DNA of 64,000 nucleotides, taken from assembly GCA_964187785.1 (NCBI GenBank), contig OZ076409.1:99326001-99390000 (forward strand), written 5' to 3'. Below the pieces are notes generated by a model. It ran no database searches. It was given only the letters and a program-made list of their open reading frames with translations, and was not told the DNA's origin. Shown one piece after another: positions 52,867 through 64,000 of this stretch; within the stretch, counting starts at the first letter, position 1; each line of letters starts with the position of its first letter. This DNA comes from Amphiscolops sp. MND2022 (taxonomy: Eukaryota). Position numbers and translations under genes: made by a program.

Positions 52867-54834
52867 ATTTTCGAAATAATTGTTCTTGGGCATCTATGAG
52901 AGAAGAATTTCCTCTTTTTGAGCTTTAGCGGATCGCCATTTCGGTCATTCTCGACTGGTTTCAACTTAGAGTATTATTTATTTATTGACGGTTTTTGCTA
53001 AGGAGAATATGATGGAAACGCTTTCTGAAATTGCTATTTGGAACCATATAGGTATCAATTATTTTGTTTTCAAATCTGCACTGCAGAGTGTTTTATTTGG
53101 AGGGATATTCAGCTACGTTTTTCCAAACAATTGATATATTTCAAAGTGTTCTATTGTTTCCTGAATACCTCTTGTAACCACGGTGTACGAAAAATACCGC
53201 AGTGCCGCTGCGCCTCTTGCTGTCGTGTTGGTTGGTGAGTGTGTGAGCAGAGTCAGCTTTTTGTGAAATTTTTGGCTTGAAAAAAAGCGTTTTGCGAATT
53301 TGAATGGTCTACTTTTAGGTTTTTCGGCACTCAGACTTTTTCGAAAAAAAAATGATTTCGCAATTTTTTCTTCAAAAACTAGTTTTTTTTCATTTTTTAA
53401 ATTGGTTTTCGAATCTTATGACACCAGGCGTGTTCAATGAATAATTATGGGTAAGAATAATTATAATAAATAAAGTAAATCATTTTTACACTCAAATAAA
53501 TAAAAATAATTATTTTTGGACCTGTTAAAATGAAAATAATATTTCTTAGATAACAACTAAAACTAAGAAAACTAAGAGTGTGTTTAATTTAACATAACGT
53601 CAGCCAATTAAATTCGAGAATTCGTAATCATATCCAGATCATGGGAGATCAACGCCAAAAACTAAGCCCATTGAATTTTGAGTCGCAACTTTTTTGATGG
53701 CTAACAAAAACATTGGTCTGTTTGTGATGTTCAAAGCAGAATTCAAGTTTTTGTTGATATCTGTTTTTCGCTGAGAATAAAAATAATTATTTTAGCAAAA
53801 AAATGTATTTATTTTTGCCACCCTGAAAATAAAATAATTAATTTTTAGTCAATAATAATATTCGAATAAAATATTGAACTCCCATATATGACTCTGTAAA
53901 TTTGATAAACATTTTCACAATAGTGTCCCTTAGCATAGTTATATCAATTTACTCTATTTGAACTTTGAGCGTTAATTGAAATTATGGACCATGTCTATCC
54001 CCCCCAGGTACACCTTGTTGCGAATTTCCCCCCAACACGAAAGCACATTTTGTTCTTGAATAAAAATATTTCCCTAATAAGAGAATATTGTATGAATGTA
54101 TATACTTAGAGGATTGTCTCTACAACTGTTTAGACACTTCAGCTAAAAAATACCATAGTTTTTGATATTATTGTCCAAAATGGCAGAAATTCACGTTTGG
54201 AACAAGCTAAAAGCGTATAAAATGACCCTTATTTCAGCGCTGTAAAATCTGATGGACAACGTTTAACTGGCAGTCAATGTAATGGATAGAATTATGTCGA
54301 GATCAATTATTTTATTGGACCAAAATTTCAACGAAAATGGTGTCGACATAATGGTATTTGAACCTTGTTTCTTATTTCCCCGAAAATAAGATCGATTTTT
54401 CAATAGTCCCATGGTGCCTTCATGCATCAAAATGAGACTTTTTAAAAATCGAATCAGCCCAAAATTTTCGCTGAAACAATGAGAAATTCAGAAAGTTGAT
54501 CAAACTCGATAAAAATGATCGAAAATTTTCTGGCTCGGAAAACCGTTTCTTAGTAGAAGGCATCAAAGTTCAGACCAAGACGTGAATGAACCAAATCCAA
54601 GTCCTGTTTTTCTTTTTTGTATAGCATTAAATAATCTTGTGCGAAAAGTGTGAAAATTTTTACTTGGTTGGGTGATCATTTTGCTACCAACTTAAAAACA
54701 TCGCATGAAAACAGTAGCCAGTATAAAAACAAAGAAATAATTTATTTACGCCTCGTTTGGATCTATTCTACGGTGGTTTGAAAAAATATAATTATAATTG
54801 CAATTATAATTGAATTAAACCAAGTTTCATGTGC

Positions 54835-55050
54835 ACATATAATTGGATTAAAATATGTAGGAGCAGATACCGTATGGTTGGATTAGAAAGTTATTGATGC
54901 AAATATTATTGTTTTAAAATATTTGTGGTGCAGATACCGTATAATTCGATTAGAAAATGACTGGTGCGAATATAATTGGATTAAAATATACAAGGTGCAG
55001 ATACTGGATAATTGGATTAGAAGTATATGATGCAAATATAATTGGATCAG
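54835..55050. repeat. Degenerate minisatellite (tataattggatta core, alternating ~35-40 bp units)
   Basis: Repeated tataattggatta(a/g)aa and gcagatac blocks. Confidence 0.7.
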
Positions 55051-55225
55051 AAAATGCTTTCTTTTTTAATGTTGGAGATATGTACATCTATTGTTCAGTG
55101 TTTTTCAGTGGGGGTCTTTTCTGACCCAAACCCGAACCACCCCACACACCACCAACGTTTTTTGGAAAATTAGTGAAAAGTTTATTTAAAAAGACTTGAA
55201 TATAATCCAGAAACCTTCATTTTTA

Positions 55226-55740
55226 TTAGTCGGCGCATTTTATCAAAATGAGCCCGACTATTACAGTGGCAAGTTTTCTTTTTTTCGTCAGACAACAGAA
55301 TGTATGCGTAGTGGACTTTTTTTACAGAACTACTAAACTACTGGACCGGCAAGCGGAATCGCAACTAAGTTGGTGCAAAGGGTCACCCTTTCGTGTACTC
55401 AATTTTTAACGTAAGATACAAAACCGGACGGGACTACAGGGTCCCCCCTTTGAATTTTATCGGCACTGTGCAACTTTTTTTCGAATTTTTTTGTCTCCAA
55501 AGGGTCCCCTTCAAGTTTTTTGATTTTTTGCAAGTTACAAAAAGCCCAAAGGGTCTCCCCTTTTAGGTTTTTCGGCACTGTGAGACTGTTTCAAAATTCT
55601 CATTTTTTTCGACAATTTTTTTTATATTTTGCAACAAACTGGATTTGAAAAAGTCTAAAGAGTCCCCTTTTACAATTTTAAAAACTTTGCGCCTTTTGAG
55701 CCTTAGATATAGCGCCGACTTTAGACGTTCCCGTCTTGTT
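55226..55740 (+). mobile_element. Helentron-like family A copy nested in another TIR element, UGDH intron
   Basis: ttagtcggcgc ... gcgccgactttagacgttcccgtcttgtt. Other copies include 3588-3997 (-), 15255-15765, 17606-18102 (-), 25071-25436, 27505-27858, 29773-30275, 31146-31721, 32887-33411 (-), 34966-35363, 51069-51567, 56105-56579, 60628-61052 (approximate ends). Confidence 0.75.
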
Positions 55741-56646
55741 ATTTCATTTTCACAGTGACAATTTGGAATTAAGATATAAAATTTGTTCACACTATTTTTC
55801 TTTCTGAAGTGACTCGTTTTTGATTAGGAAATTAACAGCTTGGGAAACAGAAAAGAGCCCCAAATTCCTCTATTCGGGCACACTGTTCAATTGGAGAAAA
55901 ATAAAATTTCACAGAATGCGTTTCATTGATGACTATCTTCGCCCATTGAAATAATTCTTGTTCACATCAGAGTTGAAAAAAATTTAAAAAAACGATGAGT
56001 AGTCTTACCTTCGTTGGACCAAAATTTCAACGAAAATGGTGTCGACATAATGGTATTTGAACCTTCTGTCTAATTAACCCCCCCCCCCATACCCCCCTTC
56101 GCAGTTTTTAGTCGGCGCTTTTCTTTAGAAAAGAGTCGACTATAGTCATGGCTTTTCGTCAGTTTTTTAAGACCACCTGAAATGACCAAGATAGTTCTAC
56201 CAAAAGTTCTACAAAATTTTCAGAAGACGCCAAAATGTACCTGTTGGCCCAAGGAACTGAACCAAAAAGGTTTCCCGCGTAACATACAAAACCGGACGAG
56301 ACCAAAGGGTCCTTTTTTTCGGCACTGTGCGACTTTTGTCAAAAAAAATTCCCCACGAAAGGCCCCCTTCAATTTTTTGGAGTTTTGCAACAGAATGGAT
56401 GTTGAAAAATCCCAAAGGGTCCTCCCTTTCAGTTTTTTTCGGCATTGTGCGACTTTTTTCCAAAACTTGTTTTTTCATAAAAGTAGTCCCAATTCACCAA
56501 TACTTGGAAATTTTGAAGTCCTTTTGCTATTTTTGAGCCTTAGATATGGCGCCGACTTGGGCCGTTCCGGGCTTGTTTTGGGGGGGGGGATAGATGACAT
56601 GGTCCGAAATTATTGCTGACATGTTCGTTTTCGTGTGTTTGTGCAG

Positions 56647-56811
56647 GGTCGGGCGGCGGATCTGAAGTTCATAGAGCTGTGTGCCCGTGCGATCGCGGCG
56701 GCCTCCGATAGTGACAAGATAGTGGTGGAGAAGAGCACTGTTCCTGTCAGGTGTGCAGCCAACATCCGCAGAATCCTCTCTGCAAACAGGAAGCCCCACG
56801 TCAACTTCCAG
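56647..56811 (+). CDS. UGDH: UGDH coding exon 3
   Basis: gtgcag|GGT ... CAG|gttact; [14 protein letters not shown]...[32 protein letters not shown] (KSTVP motif); 165 nt. Confidence 0.97.
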
Positions 56812-57634
56812 GTTACTAACTATTTTCTAGCGATTCGTCTATAAAAAGTTGAAAAAAGTCTAAAAAGCCTACTAAAAAGAGAAAATATTTTATAACAAGA
56901 CGCCCGCTATGCACCGCGATATTTTCCGCCTTCAATTGGCTAACAATAGACACTTAGTCGGAAGTTTAGACACTTAATCGGAACTTTACTTCCTCCTTGG
57001 TAAAATACAATTTATTTCGGATATAATGTCAAAATTCGGATATAGCGCAATTGTTTCGAACATCCGCTTCCTCCGTTGTAAAACACAATTAACTTCGGAT
57101 ATAACGTCAAAAGTTCGGATATAGCGTGCTGGGACAAATGGGAGCGCTTGCTTTTTTGAATCTATGCCTCCTCCTTATTGAACGCCATATTAAATTTAAA
57201 ATGGAGTAAAACGTGGAGATTTAGCAGAATTTGGAAAAAAAACGCAACACAGATTATAATTTTCCTCCCCTTACACAATAAACTGTGGGGGCGGAAAATG
57301 ATAAGCATGTAAAAACGGAGAACCATGGTACTCAATTGAAATTTCTCAATTGAGAGTCGATTTCATGTTTCGTCGCCAGGGTGCTGAAGATCCGTTCCAT
57401 GTCTGCCGAACTTGGAACAAGAAGCAGAAACGGATCGGCGATTTTCTTTGTCTTACGCCAAATTGTCTAAGCTTACTTGCAATTTTAGGAACTTGAAAAT
57501 ATCTATATCTGAAATGGAAACCATTGCACAAAATGAAGGTTTTTGTCATGTTTGAAACTCAGTTTAAAACATGTTTAAAACGCGTTTTTTTAAAACACGG
57601 CATGTTTTAAACATTCGAACACTGTTCGCTACAG

Positions 57635-57835
57635 GTGCTGTCCAACCCGGAGTTTCTGGCTGAGGGCACGGCTATATTGAACCTGGTCAACCCCGACCGG
57701 GTGCTGATTGGGGGAGACGAGCACCTGCCAGAGGGCAAAGTAGCCATCGACACTCTGGCCGCCATCTACCAACACTGGATTCCTTCTGAACGCATCATCA
57801 AGGCCAACACCTGGTCGGCAGAGCTGTCCAAACTG
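57635..57835 (+). CDS. UGDH: UGDH coding exon 4
   Basis: ctacag|GTG ... CTG|gtagga; [13 protein letters not shown]...PDRVLIGG...[10 protein letters not shown]; 201 nt. Confidence 0.97.
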
Positions 57836-60196
57836 GTAGGAGAGATAACCTTACATAACACTCCAACCAGGGATGCCATTTCATATGATTACTATGCAAT
57901 TTGTTACCGTATTTCTTCGAATACAGGCCGCGGCTTGTAAGTTATTTTCCGCAGTGATTTCGCGGCCTATATTCGAAGAAATATGGTAATCTGTTGCAAA
58001 TGTGAAAGAAATAAAATGTAATGCTCTGTCAGACTTTATGGTCGGATAGTGTAGGAACGCAACAAGATTCATTTGGCGTTACTAGCTATAGTATAAGAAG
58101 TGGTCTTAAGGCTTGTGTTCAGCGTTAATCGATACTCAAAAGAGCTCGCATACATACGTCTGACGTTTTTTGAAAAGATTCATTAAATTCGTGAGTCACC
58201 CATTAGAATCCTAAATTTTGAAGTTGAAAAATATCCAGGGCTGTGAAAATATTGACAGGGTCTGAAAAGCGTGGTGCAATAATAAATAGGAGACGCAATG
58301 TGAGCCAATCACATAACATTGAGAATATGCTCGTTATAACAGCGTTGCGCCCGCCGATTTTTGACTGCCAGAAACTTGTCAGTTTCTCTTCCAGACCTCA
58401 GAGGTCACACTGAACTTGTGTCTACTTTTTACACTTTTTTAACTACTTTTTAAACTTTCGCTGCAAAGTCCGGGTCGTCGGTTCGAATCCCTGCAGCACT
58501 AAATGTGTTTTCCATGTTCGCGAAGCTAGACTAGGCCAAAGGGCACCCTTGGGGTTGCTTTTTGGCACAGTGTGACGTTTTTCCGAAATTTTTCGTATCT
58601 CATCTTTTCTTTGTTTTATGTTTTCCTTTAGGACACTACGTTTTTTGAGCTTAAAGGGTCTCCTCTTTGATTTTTTTGGCAATGTTTAACTTCGAAAAAT
58701 TTATTAATTTGGGTGTTTTTTGTTTTTTTTTCAGGTTTTTTCAGCACTCCTATTTTTGCGAAATTTTTCCTAACAACTCCTTTAGCATATTCAAAAGACT
58801 GTGTTTCTTATTTTTGAGCCAAGCGCCGAGAATTAGAGGTTCTAGTCTTGATTGAAATTGAATGTGTTTTTTCTTGGGTGGCTCAACCTCTAGTCCCTCA
58901 GCGGCTATTTGAACATCTTGGAATGCATTTAATGATTGCTTGAATTGCTCATTTGTTATTTTCTGCCCACATATAATGGGGGAGGAAAATCATAATTGTG
59001 TTGCGTTTTTTCCAAATTCTGCCAAATCTCCACGATCTCCATCACTTGACTATTTCAACCGTTAGAATAGTCACGTGATGGAGATCGTGGAGATTTGGCG
59101 TGGTGACTACTTGACTATTTTAGTTATTAGTCAAGTAACTAAAATTGCTATTATTAGCATTATTGCGTAATTAAAGTAAATAGGTAAATAAATAGCTTTG
59201 TTTTATTGTTATTTGTTAAGATAAAATATTCAAGTAACTAAAACAACTGTGGCTCAGTTGGTGGAGGCGAAGAAGGCGGAAAATATCCCGGTGCTTAGTC
59301 AGCGTCTTGTTTCATTTTGTTTGTGTGCAAAAATTTAAATCAATTTTTGTGATCATTCTTCCAACGCAATTTTGGGATCTTTTCTGTTAATTCCCCCCCC
59401 CCCACAGTAAGCGCGGAAATTTTAATTCCCCACCACTATCAGCGATGAGTTTCAGTTGCAGTTAGAGTTATAGAATACTGCAATTTGATTGGTTGTTACT
59501 ATTAATTCAATCATTATTTCATTTGACCGCTTAACTGGGGGGGGGAATTAACAGAAAAGATCCCAATTTTGCTTCAAAGCAATGCAAATTCCGGATTCTT
59601 TCAACGAATTATTCAAACAGCTTTAGTCATTACTGTTAAACTCCATTCGCATTTAGATGCCCTGGTGCTTTTTCGGGTGTTTGATAGTGCTTAATTGAAT
59701 TTAGTGTGGTAATTAGTATGTTTGGTGGTAGCTTGTATAGTCGAAAGGTAATAATGAAGAATTAAATTATAGCAGAACCGACTCGAATTCTTAATTGTGC
59801 CTCCCCACCGTTCGACAGTGAGCTTTGACTGATCAAACTATTACGTAACTTTGCAACCCGTCGGAGTAATTGAAAGTAAATTTGCTTATTTCGTCCTCCA
59901 ATCAGATTTGAGATCGGCTTTTATTCATTCTTCTTAAATCTCGTTCGGTTATACGAGCAGCCGTTTGAGCAATTTCCTAACAACAATCCTATCCTATCTT
60001 TTCCCGAGTATAAGTTCTTATAACAAAAAATGGAAGTCAATAAGATTTCGATAAGGTTTCGGTTTAAAAAACAAGTGAACAAGGTGTATCTGGGGGCAAT
60101 AAGTTAGCGTGAGTTAGCGTGATTTTCTATCCAATCAGAGTGCGGCTCCGTGACATGGCGTGATTTTGTGTGTGTGTGTGTGTGTTTGTGTTGTAG

Positions 60197-60344
60197 TCTG
60201 CGAATGCATTGTTGGCTCAGCGGGTGTCCAGCATTAACGCCATCTCGGCCATCTGTGAGGCGACAGGTGCTGACGTCACTCAAGTGGCGAGAGCAGTCGG
60301 CTCCGACTCCAGACTCGGCAGCAAGTTCCTACAACCCAGTCTAG
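60197..60344 (+). CDS. UGDH: UGDH coding exon 5
   Basis: ttgtag|TCT ... CTA G|gttaga; [49 protein letters not shown]; 148 nt, ends phase 1. Not listed in this frame in the ORF track. Confidence 0.96.
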
Positions 60345-63267
60345 GTTAGAACCCCCACCATGGTGCACCCTTAAAACGCCTTACCAACCCCTAGCCCCAC
60401 TCCCCTAATACCCTCCAACCCAGTCTAGGTTAGGTAAAAAAATAACTTGTATTTTGAGATTCGGAGATAAATTTTTATTCCATTTCAAAAATATATTATT
60501 ATTGATTTATTGCAGTTATTCTTGTTGAAATAATTTTTTTGGTAACGCTGCCCCCAACCCAGTAGTCTAGGTTAAATTAGAACCACCACCATCACCATTA
60601 GTACCCCCTCCTTCTCCCACTATCGCCCTTTTTAGTCGGCGCTTCATGAAGTGAAACGCGACTATACAAGTGCCTTTTTTTCAATTCACACGAACTGACC
60701 GAAATAGTTCTACAAAATCCTACGAAACTTTGAGGTGCCAAATTAGACCATATGGCACAATGAACTAAAATATAAAAGTTGTTCCTTCTTCAGCGTAGCA
60801 AAAAGTGTCCCCCTTTCAGTTTTTTGGCATTGTGAGACTTTTTGTCTCTCCAAAGGGTCTCCCCTTCAATTTTTTTGATGTTGTGCGACAGAATGGATGT
60901 TGAAAAATTCGGAGTGGTCCCTCCTTTTACCGCACCAATTCGGTCCAACTCTTGGGTTTTTCAGGTACTCTAAAAGAATTTTTTGACACTTTGATGTCCT
61001 TCTATTTTTAAGCCTTAGAGATGGCTCCGACTTATGCCGTTCCCGGCTTGTTATTACTTTTGCTCGACTACTCATGCAATCCCACCTTTTTTTCTCCACC
61101 ATCACTCCCTACAGTCAAACTCGGATAAAACAAACTCATAGGGCGGCGGTAAGAAGAAAAGTTTCCTTTATCCATAGTTACTTTTATCAGTTGTCCTGTC
61201 AACGTAGAAAGTTTGTCTTGAACAAAAGCAAAGAAGTGAAAACGTTTCTTATGTCCAAATGTTTCTTTTATCCGTGTTTCTTTTATCCTAGTTCGACTAT
61301 CGCCCTTTTTAGGAATCGGAAAACATTTTCGACTACTTTTGTGCAATCGAACCTTTTTTCTCCCAACCTTTCAATTAAAACTTCAAATTTTTCAAAAACA
61401 AAGAAACTTAGCCACAATTGGTCCAAAAGTGACCGAATGACAATAGAGTGGTAATTTGTTAGTCAATATTTCAACCCGTTTCCGACTCTTTCACCGCACA
61501 TTCGGCTCCGAGCAACCACTCTTCGGTTCTTTTCTGTTTTCCCCCCACCACCAAAATTTTTGAAAATAACTTTCCTTAAAGACTTTAGACTATCCTAATT
61601 AAAAGTAAAACCTTCTTTCATAACAGGAAGTTAACTTCTATTAGAGTAGTTTTCCGCTTGAACAAAACATTGTTCACGCATTTTCACTGAAATTATGTTC
61701 GTATTAAGTGTTTATTGATGACTCAAAACAGGAAGATGTTGATTTTTTCATCAAAAAGAGCGTGACTGCATATGGAAAAAGTGTGAACAAAGTTTGTATC
61801 TGAATCCTAAACTATCACCTTGAGAATAAGTTTAAAACTGAAGCTTTCTGGTTTGTATTCAAATCTATTTGTTATATAACATTTTCACTAATTTTCCAAA
61901 AAATTTTGGTGGTGGGGGGGGGGTGGGTAACAGAGAAGAGCCCACTCTTTTAATGAGGCTATTATCAATGAAGTTCCAGCTCACGCAGAAGTACTAAACC
62001 AGAGTCTGATAATAGCCTCAATAAAAGAGTGGTTGCCCTTTGGAAAGAACACCGTTCTGAAATCAGTATCAAAAAATCAATATTCAAAAACAAAGTTGCA
62101 ATTTATTTTCACACCAAAAATTAAGTGGGTAAGTGAAACAACCTCAACATAGTATGGAAGTTTGGAGATTTTACCGTTTCAAATGAAGTGTGTGTTGCTT
62201 CAATGTTAATTGAAGTGTTAATTGAATGCCGAGAAACTGCTTGAACGAATTTTAACAAAAGGCGGTTAGTTTCTCGGCAATGAGAAAAAAGTTTTTAAAA
62301 AGTCATTTTACATTTCTCACTGAAAAAATGATGGTTTTGAATGAAAAAATGACATTTTTTTTCCGAAATAAAACCAGTTTTTTATGAACACTTTATTTCC
62401 TATAGGTTGGAAAAAATTTTCAGAATACTCTGAAACTGTTTTTTAAATGTTGCGTCACTGAAATGTACTACTACTTTTCAAATAACTTCACTAAGATCAC
62501 ACTTTTAGAGATATTTTCTAGGGTTTGCATCTTTTTGGTGGTTGAATCCTCTAGTAAGTAAACCCCGTTCTGTGACAGAATCTAATAGTCACGATGCAGT
62601 AGTCAACTTGAAGTCAAAAACAATGAATATTAAAAAAAAATTCGAGAACCTTCCACGAAATTTTTCTCCTTGGAAGAATCTTGCAAGGAAATTTTTTTTC
62701 TTGCAAGATGACTTGCAGAAAAATGCATTATCTTGCAAGACCTTGAAAGAAAATCTTGCAAGATCCTTGCAAGGAACGCATTTTTTTTCAACCAGAGTAT
62801 CCCTGGATGCTCAGTTTTGGAACCGGTGCCTTCGGAATCTTCGCACCCCGAATAACAAGGTTTGGCTTATCTGGCTTTCATTCACAACCCAGATGTGTTG
62901 AAGTGCGGAGCAGTGATTGCGTTGGGTGGATTCCCAGATAACATGAGAGAGAACAAATAACATGAAAACATAATAAATTAGTTTCAAATAACATAAAAAT
63001 GAAATGAGTTTCTCTAAACATAGAAATAAATTGTTTACGAGAAAGTTTCAGTGGTCAAAAGCCTTCCCAATTCAAAAGATTCATTGAAAAAGTACGAAAA
63101 TTTTAGATGAAATTTCTTGAGTTCGATTGTTTAACCGGATATTCGGTTTTATTTTCATGTTATATTAAACTAATTTCATTTTTGTTAAATGGGACTAATT
63201 CCGTTTTTGTCATTTGCTCTTTTGTTATTTGGTTTGTAATCATTGCGTTGGTTGTTTGACTTTTCAG

Positions 63268-63362
63268 GTTTTGGGGGAAGCTGTTTCCAGAAGGACATTC
63301 TCAACTTGGTCTACCTATGCGAGTCTCTCAACCTACAAGAGGTGGCCGACTATTTCTACAGG
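63268..63362 (+). CDS. UGDH: UGDH coding exon 6 (catalytic Cys); gene continues beyond window
   Basis: tttcag|GT ... AGG|gtatgt; [32 protein letters not shown]. The six exons total 1020 nt = 340 codons in frame. Confidence 0.97.
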
Positions 63363-64000
63363 GTATGTATCACCTTTCTTCTTCTTCCCCAGTTACCACC
63401 TAATCTGGTAAACAACCTACAACCGAGACTGGTGATGGTGTCGTAATTCACACCAATTTATTTTGTCGTATTCTACAATGAAGATTCTCAATTCTATCAT
63501 TTAGGAGCTGCAGATTTTTTCATTTCAGAGAGCAAGGTTCCTGGTGGAAAAACGGTTCCTTTAATAATGGCATCTTTGAAACAGTCCGTGTAAAATAAAA
63601 GAGCCCGACTATTACAGTCCAGTCACTCGTTTTTAGTCGGCGTTTTTATAAAACAAGCCGGGAACGGCCCAAGTCGGCACCATATCTAAGGCTCAAATAT
63701 AACAAAAGGACTTCAAAGTGTCAAGTATTCTCTTCTACAGTACCCGTTTGAGGAAAAATTGAAAAATCCGATTTTTTTAAAATTTTTTTGGTCTCCCGTA
63801 AGTCGCATAGTGCCGAAACATGTAAAATGGGGCCCTTTGGAAGTTTTTTAACATCCATTCTTTTGCAAAATAGACAAAAAAATGAAGGGTGGACCCTTTG
63901 GAGATATTTGCGAAAAAAGTCTCACAAAGCCGAAAAAAAGTGCACAAAAAAATTTTGGTCATGGCGGGACTCGAACCCATGTCATTCTGCTTGTCAGACC

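Overview
AT-rich, repeat-dense eukaryotic (metazoan-like) DNA with short GC-richer exons and a 200-N scaffold gap at 42396-42595. Three spliced genes can be assembled by hand with consistent exon phases. (1) An unrecognised + strand gene, 5'-incomplete, exons 3367-18781. One exon is tandemly duplicated within a 1836-bp duplication, and one intron holds an ~8.3 x 300-bp array carrying a tRNA-like Pol III module. (2) The 3' part of a sphingosine-kinase-like gene on the - strand (7 exons, 40419 to 28002), with a very long low-complexity insert and two introns whose best-fitting donors are non-canonical (GC and GG). (3) The first six coding exons of UDP-glucose 6-dehydrogenase (UGDH) on the + strand (47418-63362, continuing past the window). 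Introns and intergenic DNA are dominated by at least three families of non-autonomous Helentron/DINE-1-like elements, many carrying tRNA-like A/B-box modules, plus hAT-type and Tc1/pogo-type MITEs and hAT transposase remnants. No CRISPR array, rRNA or convincing intact tRNA was seen. All calls are by eye; no searches were run.
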